Below are positions 8,241 to 17,100 of a stretch of DNA of 30,674 nt, piece by piece. The translations under genes were made by a program, and so were the position numbers. Each line of letters opens with the position of its first letter. Positions within the stretch are counted from its first letter, which is position 1. The DNA lies in the IMG/VR virus record IMGVR_UViG_3300042510_000016, positions 1 to 30,674 of that record; one strand, given 5' to 3'. This DNA is from a virus. Taxonomy: Duplodnaviria > Caudoviricetes. The notes under the pieces were generated by a model, which was not told the origin of the DNA, did no database searches, and saw nothing but the letters and a program-made list of their open reading frames with translations.

Positions 8241-10573
8241 TATTTACCTCTTTTTAATTCGTCTACTTCATTTTTGAGGTCTTTGATTGCTTCAATTAAC
8301 AAAGCCACAATTCTATCATATTTAACCGCCTTAGTGCCGTCTTCTTTAGTTGCAACTACTTCAGGCAAAACCTTTTCAATGTTTTGAGCAATAACGCCGA
8401 CATCATGTCTACGGATAAAGTATCCATCTTCACCACCACGAGCATCCATGAATTCCTGGGTCCAATCAAATTCTACGCCGTCAACAGCCATAACTTTTTC
8501 AAGAGCGTTTTCAATTGGTTTTACATTTTCTTTGAAGATGGCGTCTGAAGTATAATAAGCTGTGATGTTATTATTTGCTCTAATTTCGCCAGCAGTTCCG
8601 GAAGCAGCAGTACCAACACCAATTGAATTAAATTGTGAGTTCTGCGAAGTAGAAGTGAATGTTGCAGCACTTCCATCAATCGAGACGCCTGTGAGAGTTT
8701 GAGACCCTGTTGTTCTATTAATTGTCAGTGAAGTAGTGCCAATAAACATTGTTTGGTTTGTTGCTGCAGCGCCGATCTCACCAAGAGTCCATGAAACAGC
8801 AGCAGATCCATCAACAGATTTACCAGTTGATCCGATAGTAATAGTTCTTGACGTACCCCATGTAGCAGTTGTAATAGCAGCAGAACCATTGAAGGCGGAA
8901 CCATTAATGTTTCTAGAAGTAGCCAATGTGGCTGCACTGTTGACGTTAAGATTTCCTTCAGTCTTACCATAAGCTGTAGTGGCATTATTGACGTTAAGAT
9001 TTCCTTCAGTCTTACCATAAGCTGTAGTGGCATTATTGACGTTTAGTGTAGCCTCAGTTTTACCATAAGGACCAGTACTATTACCAATTAAAGTCGTTCC
9101 TACGTAATATGATACTGCATTAACGACTGTAGCATTGGCAGTAAATGCAGTTCCAACGGTATGACTAGCAGCGTTCATAGTTCCAGTGTGATAAACACCA
9201 GTGGCATTGGCAATAAGAGATGTTCCAACAGTATGTGACGAACCGTTAACTACACCAGCGTAAACTGGTAGATAAGCAGCGACATTGGCGTTTAAGGTAG
9301 AATTAAGCTGATAGGAAGCAGCAGCTGTTCCTCCTAGATTTGTGGAGTTATTAGCTGTTAATGCGCTATTTACGTTTAGAGTGCCTTCAGTTTTACCGTA
9401 AGCTGTTGTGGCATTATTAACGTTCAGATTGCCTTCAGTTTTACCATAAGCTGTTGTGGCATTATTGACGTTTAGTGTAGCCTCAGTTTTACCATAAGCA
9501 TACGTAGCATTATTAACGTTAAGATTGCCTTCGGATTTACCGCTAACAAATGACGTATTATTAGCAGATAAAGTTCCAATATATGTTGCATTAACATGAA
9601 CGCCAGTGGCATTTACTACAGTACCAGTTCCTGGAGTAACAAACAATCCTAAAGAATTGGCAGTAATACCATTATTAGCTAGAACAGAAACCGTTCCGGA
9701 TGTCGTGAATGGACCGCCAGTTAGACCGTTACCAGTGCCAACAGAAGTTACAGTTCCTGCATTAACGTCATCAGCAGCCCAATAAGTGGCTGTACCATTA
9801 GAGTGAAGAACTTGGCCAGCGGTTCCGTAAGTGCCATTAGCAGAAAGGCCAGAACCTAATATTAGGTTAGCATTATACGTATAAACACCAGATATTGTAA
9901 ATGCCGCAGTGGTATTAACAACATTAGCTGGCATTCGAGCGTATGGAAGAACGCCTGTGGTTATATTAGTAGCATTGGTGTAAAAAGAACCAGGTTGGCT
10001 GTTTAAATTAGTGGCATTAGTTGCCTGCACAGCACTGTTAACATTTAGAGTAGCTTCTGTTTTACCATAAGGTCCAGTAGCATTACCGATTAATGTTGCG
10101 CCAACATAATATGAAACAGCATTAACTACTGTAGCATTAGCAGTAAAGGCAGTTCCAACAGTATGACTAGCAGCATTAACGATACCAGTGTAAACACCAG
10201 TAGCGTTAGCAACAGTAGAAGTGCCAACAGTATGACTAGCAGCATTAACGATACCAGTGTAAACACCAGTAGCGTTAGCAACAGTAGAAGTGCCAACTGT
10301 ATGACTAGCAGCGTTCATAGTTCCAGTATGATACACACCAGTAGTATTGGCGATAAAAGTTGTTCCGACAGAAACACTAGTGCTGGTATTAGCGAAACCA
10401 ACAATCGTTGTATTTCCGAGATAAACATCCCCTATAGTAGAAAGACGATGGGTGGGAGACGAATTATTGATGCCCACATTACCTGTAGCGGTAACAGTAA
10501 CTGCTGTTCCTAGTAAGGTGGTATTTGAGCCTGTTTCTAGACCGTTCTTTACGACGAAATTTTTATCTGCCAT
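8240..10573 (-). CDS. Tail fibre protein with C-terminal intramolecular chaperone (peptidase S74-like) domain, 777 aa
   Basis: C-terminus TSDAIFKENVKPIENALEKV..GVEFDW..DVGVIAQ..VLPEVV..VKYDRIVALLIEAIKDL is the S74 pattern. The shaft is repeat-rich and the N-terminus is MADKNFVVKNGL. Confidence 0.88.
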   Translation of the reverse strand: MADKNFVVKNGLETGSNTTLLGTAVTVTATGNVGINNSSPTHRLSTIGDVYLGNTTIVGFANTSTSVSVGTTFIANTTGVYHTGTMNAASHTVGTSTVANATGVYTGIVNAASHTVGTSTVANATGVYTGIVNAASHTVGTAFTANATVVNAVSYYVGATLIGNATGPYGKTEATLNVNSAVQATNATNLNSQPGSFYTNATNITTGVLPYARMPANVVNTTAAFTISGVYTYNANLILGSGLSANGTYGTAGQVLHSNGTATYWAADDVNAGTVTSVGTGNGLTGGPFTTSGTVSVLANNGITANSLGLFVTPGTGTVVNATGVHVNATYIGTLSANNTSFVSGKSEGNLNVNNATYAYGKTEATLNVNNATTAYGKTEGNLNVNNATTAYGKTEGTLNVNSALTANNSTNLGGTAAASYQLNSTLNANVAAYLPVYAGVVNGSSHTVGTSLIANATGVYHTGTMNAASHTVGTAFTANATVVNAVSYYVGTTLIGNSTGPYGKTEATLNVNNATTAYGKTEGNLNVNNATTAYGKTEGNLNVNSAATLATSRNINGSAFNGSAAITTATWGTSRTITIGSTGKSVDGSAAVSWTLGEIGAAATNQTMFIGTTSLTINRTTGSQTLTGVSIDGSAATFTSTSQNSQFNSIGVGTAASGTAGEIRANNNITAYYTSDAIFKENVKPIENALEKVMAVDGVEFDWTQEFMDARGGEDGYFIRRHDVGVIAQNIEKVLPEVVATKEDGTKAVKYDRIVALLIEAIKDLKNEVDELKRGK
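8940..9043. repeat. Perfect 48-nt tandem repeat (2 copies plus a partial) encoding GKTEGNLNVNNATTAY
   Basis: A unit starting ttgacgtt recurs at 8940, 8988 and 9036. A second, more diverged cluster lies at about 9370-9530. Confidence 0.9.
10155..10297. repeat. Perfect 69-nt tandem duplication encoding TSTVANATGVYTGIVNAASHTVG
   Basis: 10155-10223 is identical to 10224-10292 by eye. Confidence 0.9.
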
Positions 10574-10606
10574 GGTTCCCTGTCCCCTATGGTGTTGTTT
10601 TTTTAA

Positions 10607-10614
10607 TATTTAGT
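10607..10614 (-). promoter_or_regulatory. Candidate late promoter variant ACTAAATA upstream of the 777-aa fibre gene
   Basis: Lies 34 nt upstream of ATG 10573 and just downstream of a terminator, where a new promoter would be needed. Matches 6 of 8 positions of TATAAATA. Confidence 0.55.
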
Positions 10615-10659
10615 CATATCGAAGGTTAGATTGCTCGCTCTATGTTGTAAATAGATTTA

Positions 10660-10686
10660 TAAAATGCCGTTCTTCAAGAACGGCAT
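10660..10686 (-). terminator. Intrinsic terminator
   Basis: The minus strand reads ATGCCGTTCT-TGA-AGAACGGCAT followed by TTTATAAAT, a few nt after the stop of the 59-aa ORF. Perfect 10-bp stem with a short U-tract. Confidence 0.7.
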
Positions 10687-10693
10687 CACAGTA

Positions 10694-10873
10694 TTATTTA
10701 ATGACTTTATCTGCAAGAGGACCAGCTGGAGGTGACGCTCTTAATTGTGCGTCAGCCTGTTTCTGGACTTCTGTGAAAGTTATCAGAACAGTTTCTAATG
10801 GTAGTTTAGAAAGCCCAAGCATCACAATATTTAGCTGTTCAATCGTCAATTCAAGTTTAACATTCTTATCCAT
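10694..10873 (-). CDS. Small hypothetical protein, 59 aa (not in ORF track)
   Basis: MDKNVKLELTIEQLNIVMLGLSKLPLETVLITFTEVQKQADAQLRASPPAGPLADKVIK*. Strong SD TAAGGAG upstream; fills the gap between neighbouring genes and is followed by the terminator. Confidence 0.85.
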   Translation of the reverse strand: MDKNVKLELTIEQLNIVMLGLSKLPLETVLITFTEVQKQADAQLRASPPAGPLADKVIK

Positions 10874-10892
10874 AATTTACTGTCTCCTTATT

Positions 10893-11252
10893 TTAGGTAT
10901 TGCTAATCGCCGTATTTGGCGCTGGTGCCCATGGTAGAGTTGCATCTACTACAGGATTCTTCTTATCGTCGATTTGTTTCTGTATCTGTTCGTTAACATG
11001 TTCTTCGTATTGTCCAACAACCACTGCTTTGATCCAAGTAAGAACGTCGTCTTCAGTCAAATCTGAAAATGGAATGAAAGAAGTATTAGCTGGCATATTA
11101 TTGGAAGAAAATGGAGTTGCTCCAGAAAATTCTCCATCAAGATCGCCTTCAGTCCCTATTTTCTTCCAATATGTCTGCACGACAACATCGGAAGTATTAG
11201 CAACAGTTGTAGTTTTTAATCCGGTTACTTTCCAAGAATATGTTACCGCCAT
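10893..11252 (-). CDS. Conserved-looking phage protein (119 aa), fibre-cluster associated
   Basis: SD AAGGAGGA. Motifs MAVTYSWKVTGL, FIPFSDLTEDDVLTWI and LPWA resemble small proteins common next to fibre genes. Confidence 0.75.
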   Translation of the reverse strand: MAVTYSWKVTGLKTTTVANTSDVVVQTYWKKIGTEGDLDGEFSGATPFSSNNMPANTSFIPFSDLTEDDVLTWIKAVVVGQYEEHVNEQIQKQIDDKKNPVVDATLPWAPAPNTAISNT

Positions 11253-11279
11253 TTTATCCTCTTAGATTATGTTTTAAGT

Positions 11280-11287
11280 TATTTATT
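11280..11287 (-). promoter_or_regulatory. Candidate late promoter AATAAATA
   Basis: Matches 7 of 8 consensus positions, overlaps the stop codon of the 81-aa ORF, and lies 28 nt upstream of ATG 11252. Confidence 0.5.
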
Positions 11288-11528
11288 GTAATCCTAATGC
11301 TTGTTTCAATTCATCAATAGTTAGACCAACACGCTGCAGTTTTTCCTGAACTGTTGGTTCTGGTAATGGTTCTGGTAATGGTTCAGGCTCTTCTGGTTTG
11401 TTACCTTTTTTTAACCATGCCTGATATTCTGCCCATTCTTCTGGATTATTGGGACCTAATATCATACCATCTGTTAGTCTTACAACCGCATTTGTATGGA
11501 GCCTTGATTTATAATTAAGTTTTGTCAT
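11283..11528 (-). CDS. Small fibre-assembly chaperone-like protein (81 aa)
   Basis: EWAEYQAWLKKGNKPEEPEP and TVQEKLQRVGLTIDELKQALGL motifs; TAATG-coupled to the upstream gene. Confidence 0.65.
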   Translation of the reverse strand: MTKLNYKSRLHTNAVVRLTDGMILGPNNPEEWAEYQAWLKKGNKPEEPEPLPEPLPEPTVQEKLQRVGLTIDELKQALGLQ

Positions 11529-12112
11529 TAGTTATATCCATATGCTCTTACTGTCCCTGTGATGTTTCCTGATGATGCATACATTTGAAATCCGGTTATA
11601 GCAACCGTTGATGCTGTATACCATCCTCCACCAATATACAAAGCAGTATATCCTGTCGTGTATGTCGGACCATTAACCTTGTAATCCCAAGTTTTATAAG
11701 TAGAACCCGTCACATTATAAAGATACATAGTACCACATATACCAGATCCGCCAGTGGCTGTTGTAATGAAATATGACGGATAAGTCATTGATAATTGTGT
11801 TGCTGACACTGAATGGAATGCACCAGTATTATTATTGAATATACCATAACCCATACTTTGATATCCAGCCGCTGCGTTGAGATATGCGCCGCCACCATAT
11901 AACTGAAAATAAAGAGTCACCGACTGAGTTACAGGCAACAGATTTTCAAACACCAATTCGTAATTTCTATAACCAGAAAGAACAGTAGTAGCGAGAGAAG
12001 CGACATTCGTGCCGGTGATCGTAGTAACCAAGTTTCTTGATCCATTACCGGTTGCCACAATACTGTTATCCGGATATGTGATACCACTGGTGCCGTTTAT
12101 AGTGATCGCCAT
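11528..12112 (-). CDS. Small virion/tip-like beta-rich protein (194 aa)
   Basis: Short leader MAITINGTSGITYPD followed by a Tyr/Gly/Thr-rich domain ending AITGFQMYASSGNITGTVRAYG. Confidence 0.65.
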   Translation of the reverse strand: MAITINGTSGITYPDNSIVATGNGSRNLVTTITGTNVASLATTVLSGYRNYELVFENLLPVTQSVTLYFQLYGGGAYLNAAAGYQSMGYGIFNNNTGAFHSVSATQLSMTYPSYFITTATGGSGICGTMYLYNVTGSTYKTWDYKVNGPTYTTGYTALYIGGGWYTASTVAITGFQMYASSGNITGTVRAYGYN

Positions 12113-12116
12113 CTAG

Positions 12117-12527
12117 TTACTGCCCACAAGTAAGCGTTAAAAGTTCTTCAAGAGTAGTCGTAGAATCCACTACCTGAGTAATGTTACGAAGGCGGTTCTT
12201 TTCAGCAACAATAGCAGTTGTATCAGCACCAGTTTCCTGTGCCTTCATGAAAAGAACATCTTGTGCTGCTAGTAGAGGAGCACGTTCGTTTCTTAGGCGA
12301 ACCTTGGTGATCTCTCTTGCTTTATCAATATTGACAGTGATTGTATTAGCATCCATTTCCCAAGCATCAGAAAACTCTGGATGTTCTGGAAGATCAGAGG
12401 TATCAACAATACGAGCAAAGTTACCTAGGCCGCCTTTGTCTAAAATCTCTTGTGGTGTAAATTCTTTGGAAGGTGAGGTGATAGAAACACCGCCCTGTCC
12501 GTTTTGTGATATAATAACTTCAGCCAT
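12117..12527 (-). CDS. Fibre-assembly chaperone-like protein (136 aa)
   Basis: SD AGGAG. The segment FSDAW..VNIDKAREITKVRLRNERAPLL..D..KNRLRNIT aligns by eye with the C-terminal half of the 258-aa protein. Confidence 0.7.
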   Translation of the reverse strand: MAEVIISQNGQGGVSITSPSKEFTPQEILDKGGLGNFARIVDTSDLPEHPEFSDAWEMDANTITVNIDKAREITKVRLRNERAPLLAAQDVLFMKAQETGADTTAIVAEKNRLRNITQVVDSTTTLEELLTLTCGQ

Positions 12528-12552
12528 TATTTTGATTTCTCCTATTGAATTT

Positions 12553-12918
12553 TTACCGAACTACGTTACAATTGATGTTAGGTGCGTCGGAACTAGTTGA
12601 ATTGCCGGCGGAAGATTGTATTCTAACAACTGAGGCACTGACATAAGAAAATAGAGTAAGTGCTTCTGAGTTAACTCCCTTTGGACCAGTAATACCGGAA
12701 GCACAATAATTAACGTCTGTTAAAGCAGTAGTAAAATTCATGCTGTAGTCGCCGGAACCGTTATAAGTTACTGAAGACACATTAAATGAGGCACGAACAG
12801 AATATGGAGAATTTCCTTTATAATTCATCCATGCTTTTAAACTACCTCTGATAATATTAGTAGCACTAGTGCTATTTGTTTCATCTGATATTGTGCTTAC
12901 TGTTAATGTACCTGCCAT
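12553..12918 (-). CDS. Small tip-like virion protein, paralog B (121 aa)
   Basis: MAGTLTVSTI...KAWMNYKG..VRASFNVSSV..NGSGDYSMNF; clear paralog of 13787-14182. Confidence 0.75.
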   Translation of the reverse strand: MAGTLTVSTISDETNSTSATNIIRGSLKAWMNYKGNSPYSVRASFNVSSVTYNGSGDYSMNFTTALTDVNYCASGITGPKGVNSEALTLFSYVSASVVRIQSSAGNSTSSDAPNINCNVVR

Positions 12919-13694
12919 TATACTTCCTTAGTGAGATAGTCTGGCCAGACCTTTTCTAGTTCTTCTATGGTTCTGGCTGCTTCTAATTCTGGTAACTGTG
13001 TAACGTCTCTTAGTAATTGCTTACGATTAGCAATGGCCTTTTGATATTCTGGTGTTCCTCTTTCCAACGCTATAAAATACTGCGTGTCAAGTTTCGGAAA
13101 CAGTAGTTCTCTAGCCTGTCTCATTCTGTTCTTCCATATATCTTTCGCCTTGTCAATGTCTATAGAGATAAGTTGTTCTTCTGTATCTGATAGACGCCAC
13201 GCATTTCTATATGTCTGGTCTACCGGTATATCTTCCCTTGTAACAATTCTATACATTTGTCGGTTATACTTATAATCAGGATGCCATACTCTTGCCGGGA
13301 CATCCTTCTTTAGAATATACTCAATTGCCTCTTCTTCTGTCATAGGGCCGATTGGTTCTGGTAACAAGTATTCTTTATAATCTATAACTTTTTCGCCAGT
13401 GATTCTTTTCTCTAGTCTGATCTGTTGTGCTTCTAAGAATGTTGTTACAATCTTTTCACCATGATCAGTAGTCAATTCTAGTTTCATATTATGCTGGTGT
13501 TCTACTGCTGGTAGAATACCGCCAGCCAAGGCGCAAGTCATCCATTCTGGTGCTACACATACCTCACATACTGGATGATCTGGATATGCAGGGTCTTCAT
13601 AAACAATAACATATTTGGATTGATATGGTTCAAGGTTTTCAGACGCCCAATGTAACCTGGTAAACATATCTACATTACGAAAATCTGGTGTCAC
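12918..13694 (-). CDS. Fibre-assembly chaperone-like protein (258 aa), GTG start
   Basis: AAGGAG SD before the GTG. Charged composition with MTEEEAIEYILKKDVP and YRNAW..IDIDKAKDIWKNRMRQAR..KQLLRDVT motifs. Confidence 0.7.
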   Translation of the reverse strand: MTPDFRNVDMFTRLHWASENLEPYQSKYVIVYEDPAYPDHPVCEVCVAPEWMTCALAGGILPAVEHQHNMKLELTTDHGEKIVTTFLEAQQIRLEKRITGEKVIDYKEYLLPEPIGPMTEEEAIEYILKKDVPARVWHPDYKYNRQMYRIVTREDIPVDQTYRNAWRLSDTEEQLISIDIDKAKDIWKNRMRQARELLFPKLDTQYFIALERGTPEYQKAIANRKQLLRDVTQLPELEAARTIEELEKVWPDYLTKEV

Positions 13695-13786
13695 TTAGTT
13701 CTCCTTATCTATTAATTATTATATAAACTCTGAAAAAAACAGTTCAAGGGTCGCCAGAAAAATATATAAAGCATTTAATTATAATC

Positions 13787-14182
13787 CTATCTTACTAAAT
13801 TTGTAGAACAATATACAGGATCTCTAGCGCCGCCGCCGCCATCGGATACAAATACTCTAACAAGACTTACGGTGAGTCCCCAACATATAGCTTGTCCGTC
13901 ATTAGCACCGCCAGTAGCTGTATTGGTAAACGAATAGTTAGCAACCGCAGAATAATTTGCATCATTAATCGCATTCGAAATATTAACTGTGTAATCTCCA
14001 CCACCATTTCGAACAGCACTGGAAACATTAAAACTCGCTCTAATAACAGCCGAACCTGTTGATCCGTTAAAGTTGCACCAACTTCTACACAATCTTCCAA
14101 TCTCGACACCACTAGAGTTATTAAAAACCGTTGGTGTTGATACTTCCGATCTAATAGTATCTACCGTTACTGTACCTGCCAT
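13787..14182 (-). CDS. Small tip-like virion protein, paralog A (131 aa)
   Basis: MAGTVTVDTI...CRSWCNFNG..IRASFNVSSA..NGGGDYTVN; SD GAGGA. Confidence 0.75.
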   Translation of the reverse strand: MAGTVTVDTIRSEVSTPTVFNNSSGVEIGRLCRSWCNFNGSTGSAVIRASFNVSSAVRNGGGDYTVNISNAINDANYSAVANYSFTNTATGGANDGQAICWGLTVSLVRVFVSDGGGGARDPVYCSTNLVR

Positions 14183-14191
14183 ATTATCCTC

Positions 14192-17100
14192 TTATAGAAC
14201 TACCCAATTCGAGCCAGTTGGAATGGTGACTGACACACCTGTATTTATGGTGACTGGCCCAACAGTCACGGCATTGTAGTTTGTCGTGATAGTGTAGTTA
14301 GCAGCAATGGTTTTGGTCATTTCAAGGAATGGGTATGATACCTGTCTAACGACACCAGCTAATACGGCAGATGTTGCAGCATTGGGGTCAACATAGTAGT
14401 TAGTATCATTGTGATCATAAAAAATAGGCGCTCGCCACGAATTAGTTGATGTACCTATACCAAGAGTCCAGATACCTGTACCAACAGCGGATTGTGTAAC
14501 ACCATTGATCATAAACAAGGCTTGATGATTTAAACCAGCTTTGGACTGTGGATTGTTTCCTGCAGCGCCGTGATCTGGATTATAAGACCAACCAATACCA
14601 TAAAAAGCGCCATATGTATTTGAAGAGCCGCCATTGGTTAGTATATAAGATGAACCCATAGCAAATATTGCCTGAGTTTGAGCAGGATCGTAAACGCCAA
14701 TTAGACCTTTTCTACCATTATTGAATTGTATATTACCTAAAGTGTTTAAACCTGTTGCACCAGCAGGATCACAGTAATAAGCAGTGTTGTCAGAATCATA
14801 GAAGTATGGGGCTCTCATACTACCAGCTGCTTGTGTATACGCAGCGCTAAGATCGCATCTAGCATTTGTTCTACTATAAGAAATAATACCACCACCTGAT
14901 GCAGAATATAGACCCCATGCAGTGCCATTATTAAACAAATAGGCAGCACTTTGACCAGTAAAGTTAGCAAGCAACTGACCTTCTGACGCTGTTGTTGCGG
15001 TGGCAAATGAGGATCCTTGAGCGCCAGTAGCAGTTGTAGCATTACCAGCAATGTTCATCGTCTGGCCGCTGATAAATGTAGCAACCTTAGCAGCAGTAGC
15101 AGAACGATGATAGTTGTCACCAAACTTACCCATTAGATATGTTAGCGTACCAGTACTTACATCATCGCTTGAATTGTGATAAGAAGCGTTAATATAACGA
15201 CCGTTAAAATCACCATTGGCATCTCTTGTTACAACTGTTGAACCTGTTGCTGTTGTTGATGCTGCAGAAAGACCAAAAGCGAAAGTCGCATTGTTGGCTG
15301 TGATTGTTGCAATATAAGAAGCATTGACAGACAGAGTTCCCGTAGTGGTAATTGTACCGCCAGAAAGACCTGTACCCCCAGCAACAGAAGTTACTGTACC
15401 ACCAGAATTGTCATCAGCTGCCCAATAAACTGCTGAACCATTTGAATGTAATACTTGTCCTGCAGTTCCTAAACCACCATTAGCACTTATACCAGCAGTT
15501 GTTGAAATGACAAGATTACCGCCAAGAAAAGTTGTTCCATTGACTGATAGTTTATGAGCAGGTGCAGTATTACCAATACCAGTATTGCCATTACCATCTA
15601 TATTAAATACAGAATCACCGCCAGCCCTTGAAATCTGAAATGAGTTGGCTGCTGGAGAACCTAGATATACTGGATTAACACTAGTGCCGTAGAACAAACC
15701 AAGAGCATATGCTTCGTTTGATGGTCTTAATAGGGTTCTACCTCCAGTGACTGCTAGTCTACCGTCAGGAGTAGTAGTTCCAATACCAACGTTACCACTA
15801 TTTAATACAGTAATATATTCACTAAACGTATTCTGTGATGTATTAGATGCTGGATATGCACCTATTCTAACAGCTACAGTGTCTGATTTTCTACCATAGA
15901 GGGCTGTAGCCCAAGCGGTACTTTGTAAAGAACCAGTGTCTCCATAATGAAGTTCTGCACCAAAACCTCTATCTGTCCAAAATGTGATACCAGCATTTCT
16001 AGCAGTATTTGCTGTCAAAGCACCGCTTTGTACCTGAACACCAAAAGTTGAGTTAGCAATAAAGTTAGATCCAACTGTGTGACTAGCCGCATTAATAATA
16101 CCAGTGTAAACACCAGTTGAGTTGGCTATTGTAGAAGTTCCAACTGTATGACTGGCTGCGTTCATCGTTCCAGTATGATAAACACCAGTAGCATTAGCAA
16201 TGAACGATGTGCTAACAGTGTAAGACGATCCATTAACAACACCAGTATATACCGGTAAATAAGCAGCGATATTCGCATTCAACGTAGAATTTAACTGGTA
16301 TGAAGCTGCAGCGGTACCACCAAGGAATGAAGCGTTATTGGCTGATAATGTTCCAATATATGTTGCATTAACATGAACGCCAGTAGCATTTACTACAGTA
16401 CCAGTTCCTTGTGTTACGAATAAACCAGTAGTATTTGCTGTTATACCGCTGTTTGCTAAAACAGATACTGTGCCTGTTGTTGTAATAGCGCCGCCTGTTA
16501 GACCGTTGCCAGTTCCAACAGATGTAACAGTGCCAGAGTTATCATCAACCCCCCAATAAGTGGCTGTACCATTAGAGTGAAGAACTTGACCAGCAGTACC
16601 AAAACCGCCATTTGATGAAAGACCAGAAGAACCTAAAACAATATTAGCATTAAATGTTGTGACCCCTGTTATTGTTCCACCACCGGCATCAAAATTAGCA
16701 GCCCATACCATGGCAGTTGTACCAATAGTATCCGTGGTCTTGAAATCATTATCAAACAATCTACCACCATTGGTCGTTCCTTCATCAACAGCGACCAGAG
16801 CCGAAGCAATTTTACTTGATGTATTAGCGTCGTTTGCTCTTGTTAGAGTCCATGCATAGACTGCCGCAGAACCTGTATTTGAAACATAATATATACCATT
16901 TTGATTGGCTGAAGTTTGGTTTTTAACTAATAGTCTGTCATTTAACGCTAAAGTAATACCATCTTGTGCAGGTAATGCTACAAGCCCACCAGTCAAAACT
17001 TGTGTAGTAGCAGAAGCTGCTGATAAATCGGCAGTAGTAGCAGCACGACAAGATTTCTTGAAAGTGGCCTCTGGTAGATACGCCATATCTATCTGAGTAA

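Noticed and set aside
9573-16594. Diversity-generating retroelement (TR/VR pair) or invertible shufflon
   Set aside because: No reverse transcriptase or recombinase gene in the window. The repeats are direct, mid-gene, coding in both copies and have only single mismatches. No inverted cassettes are present.
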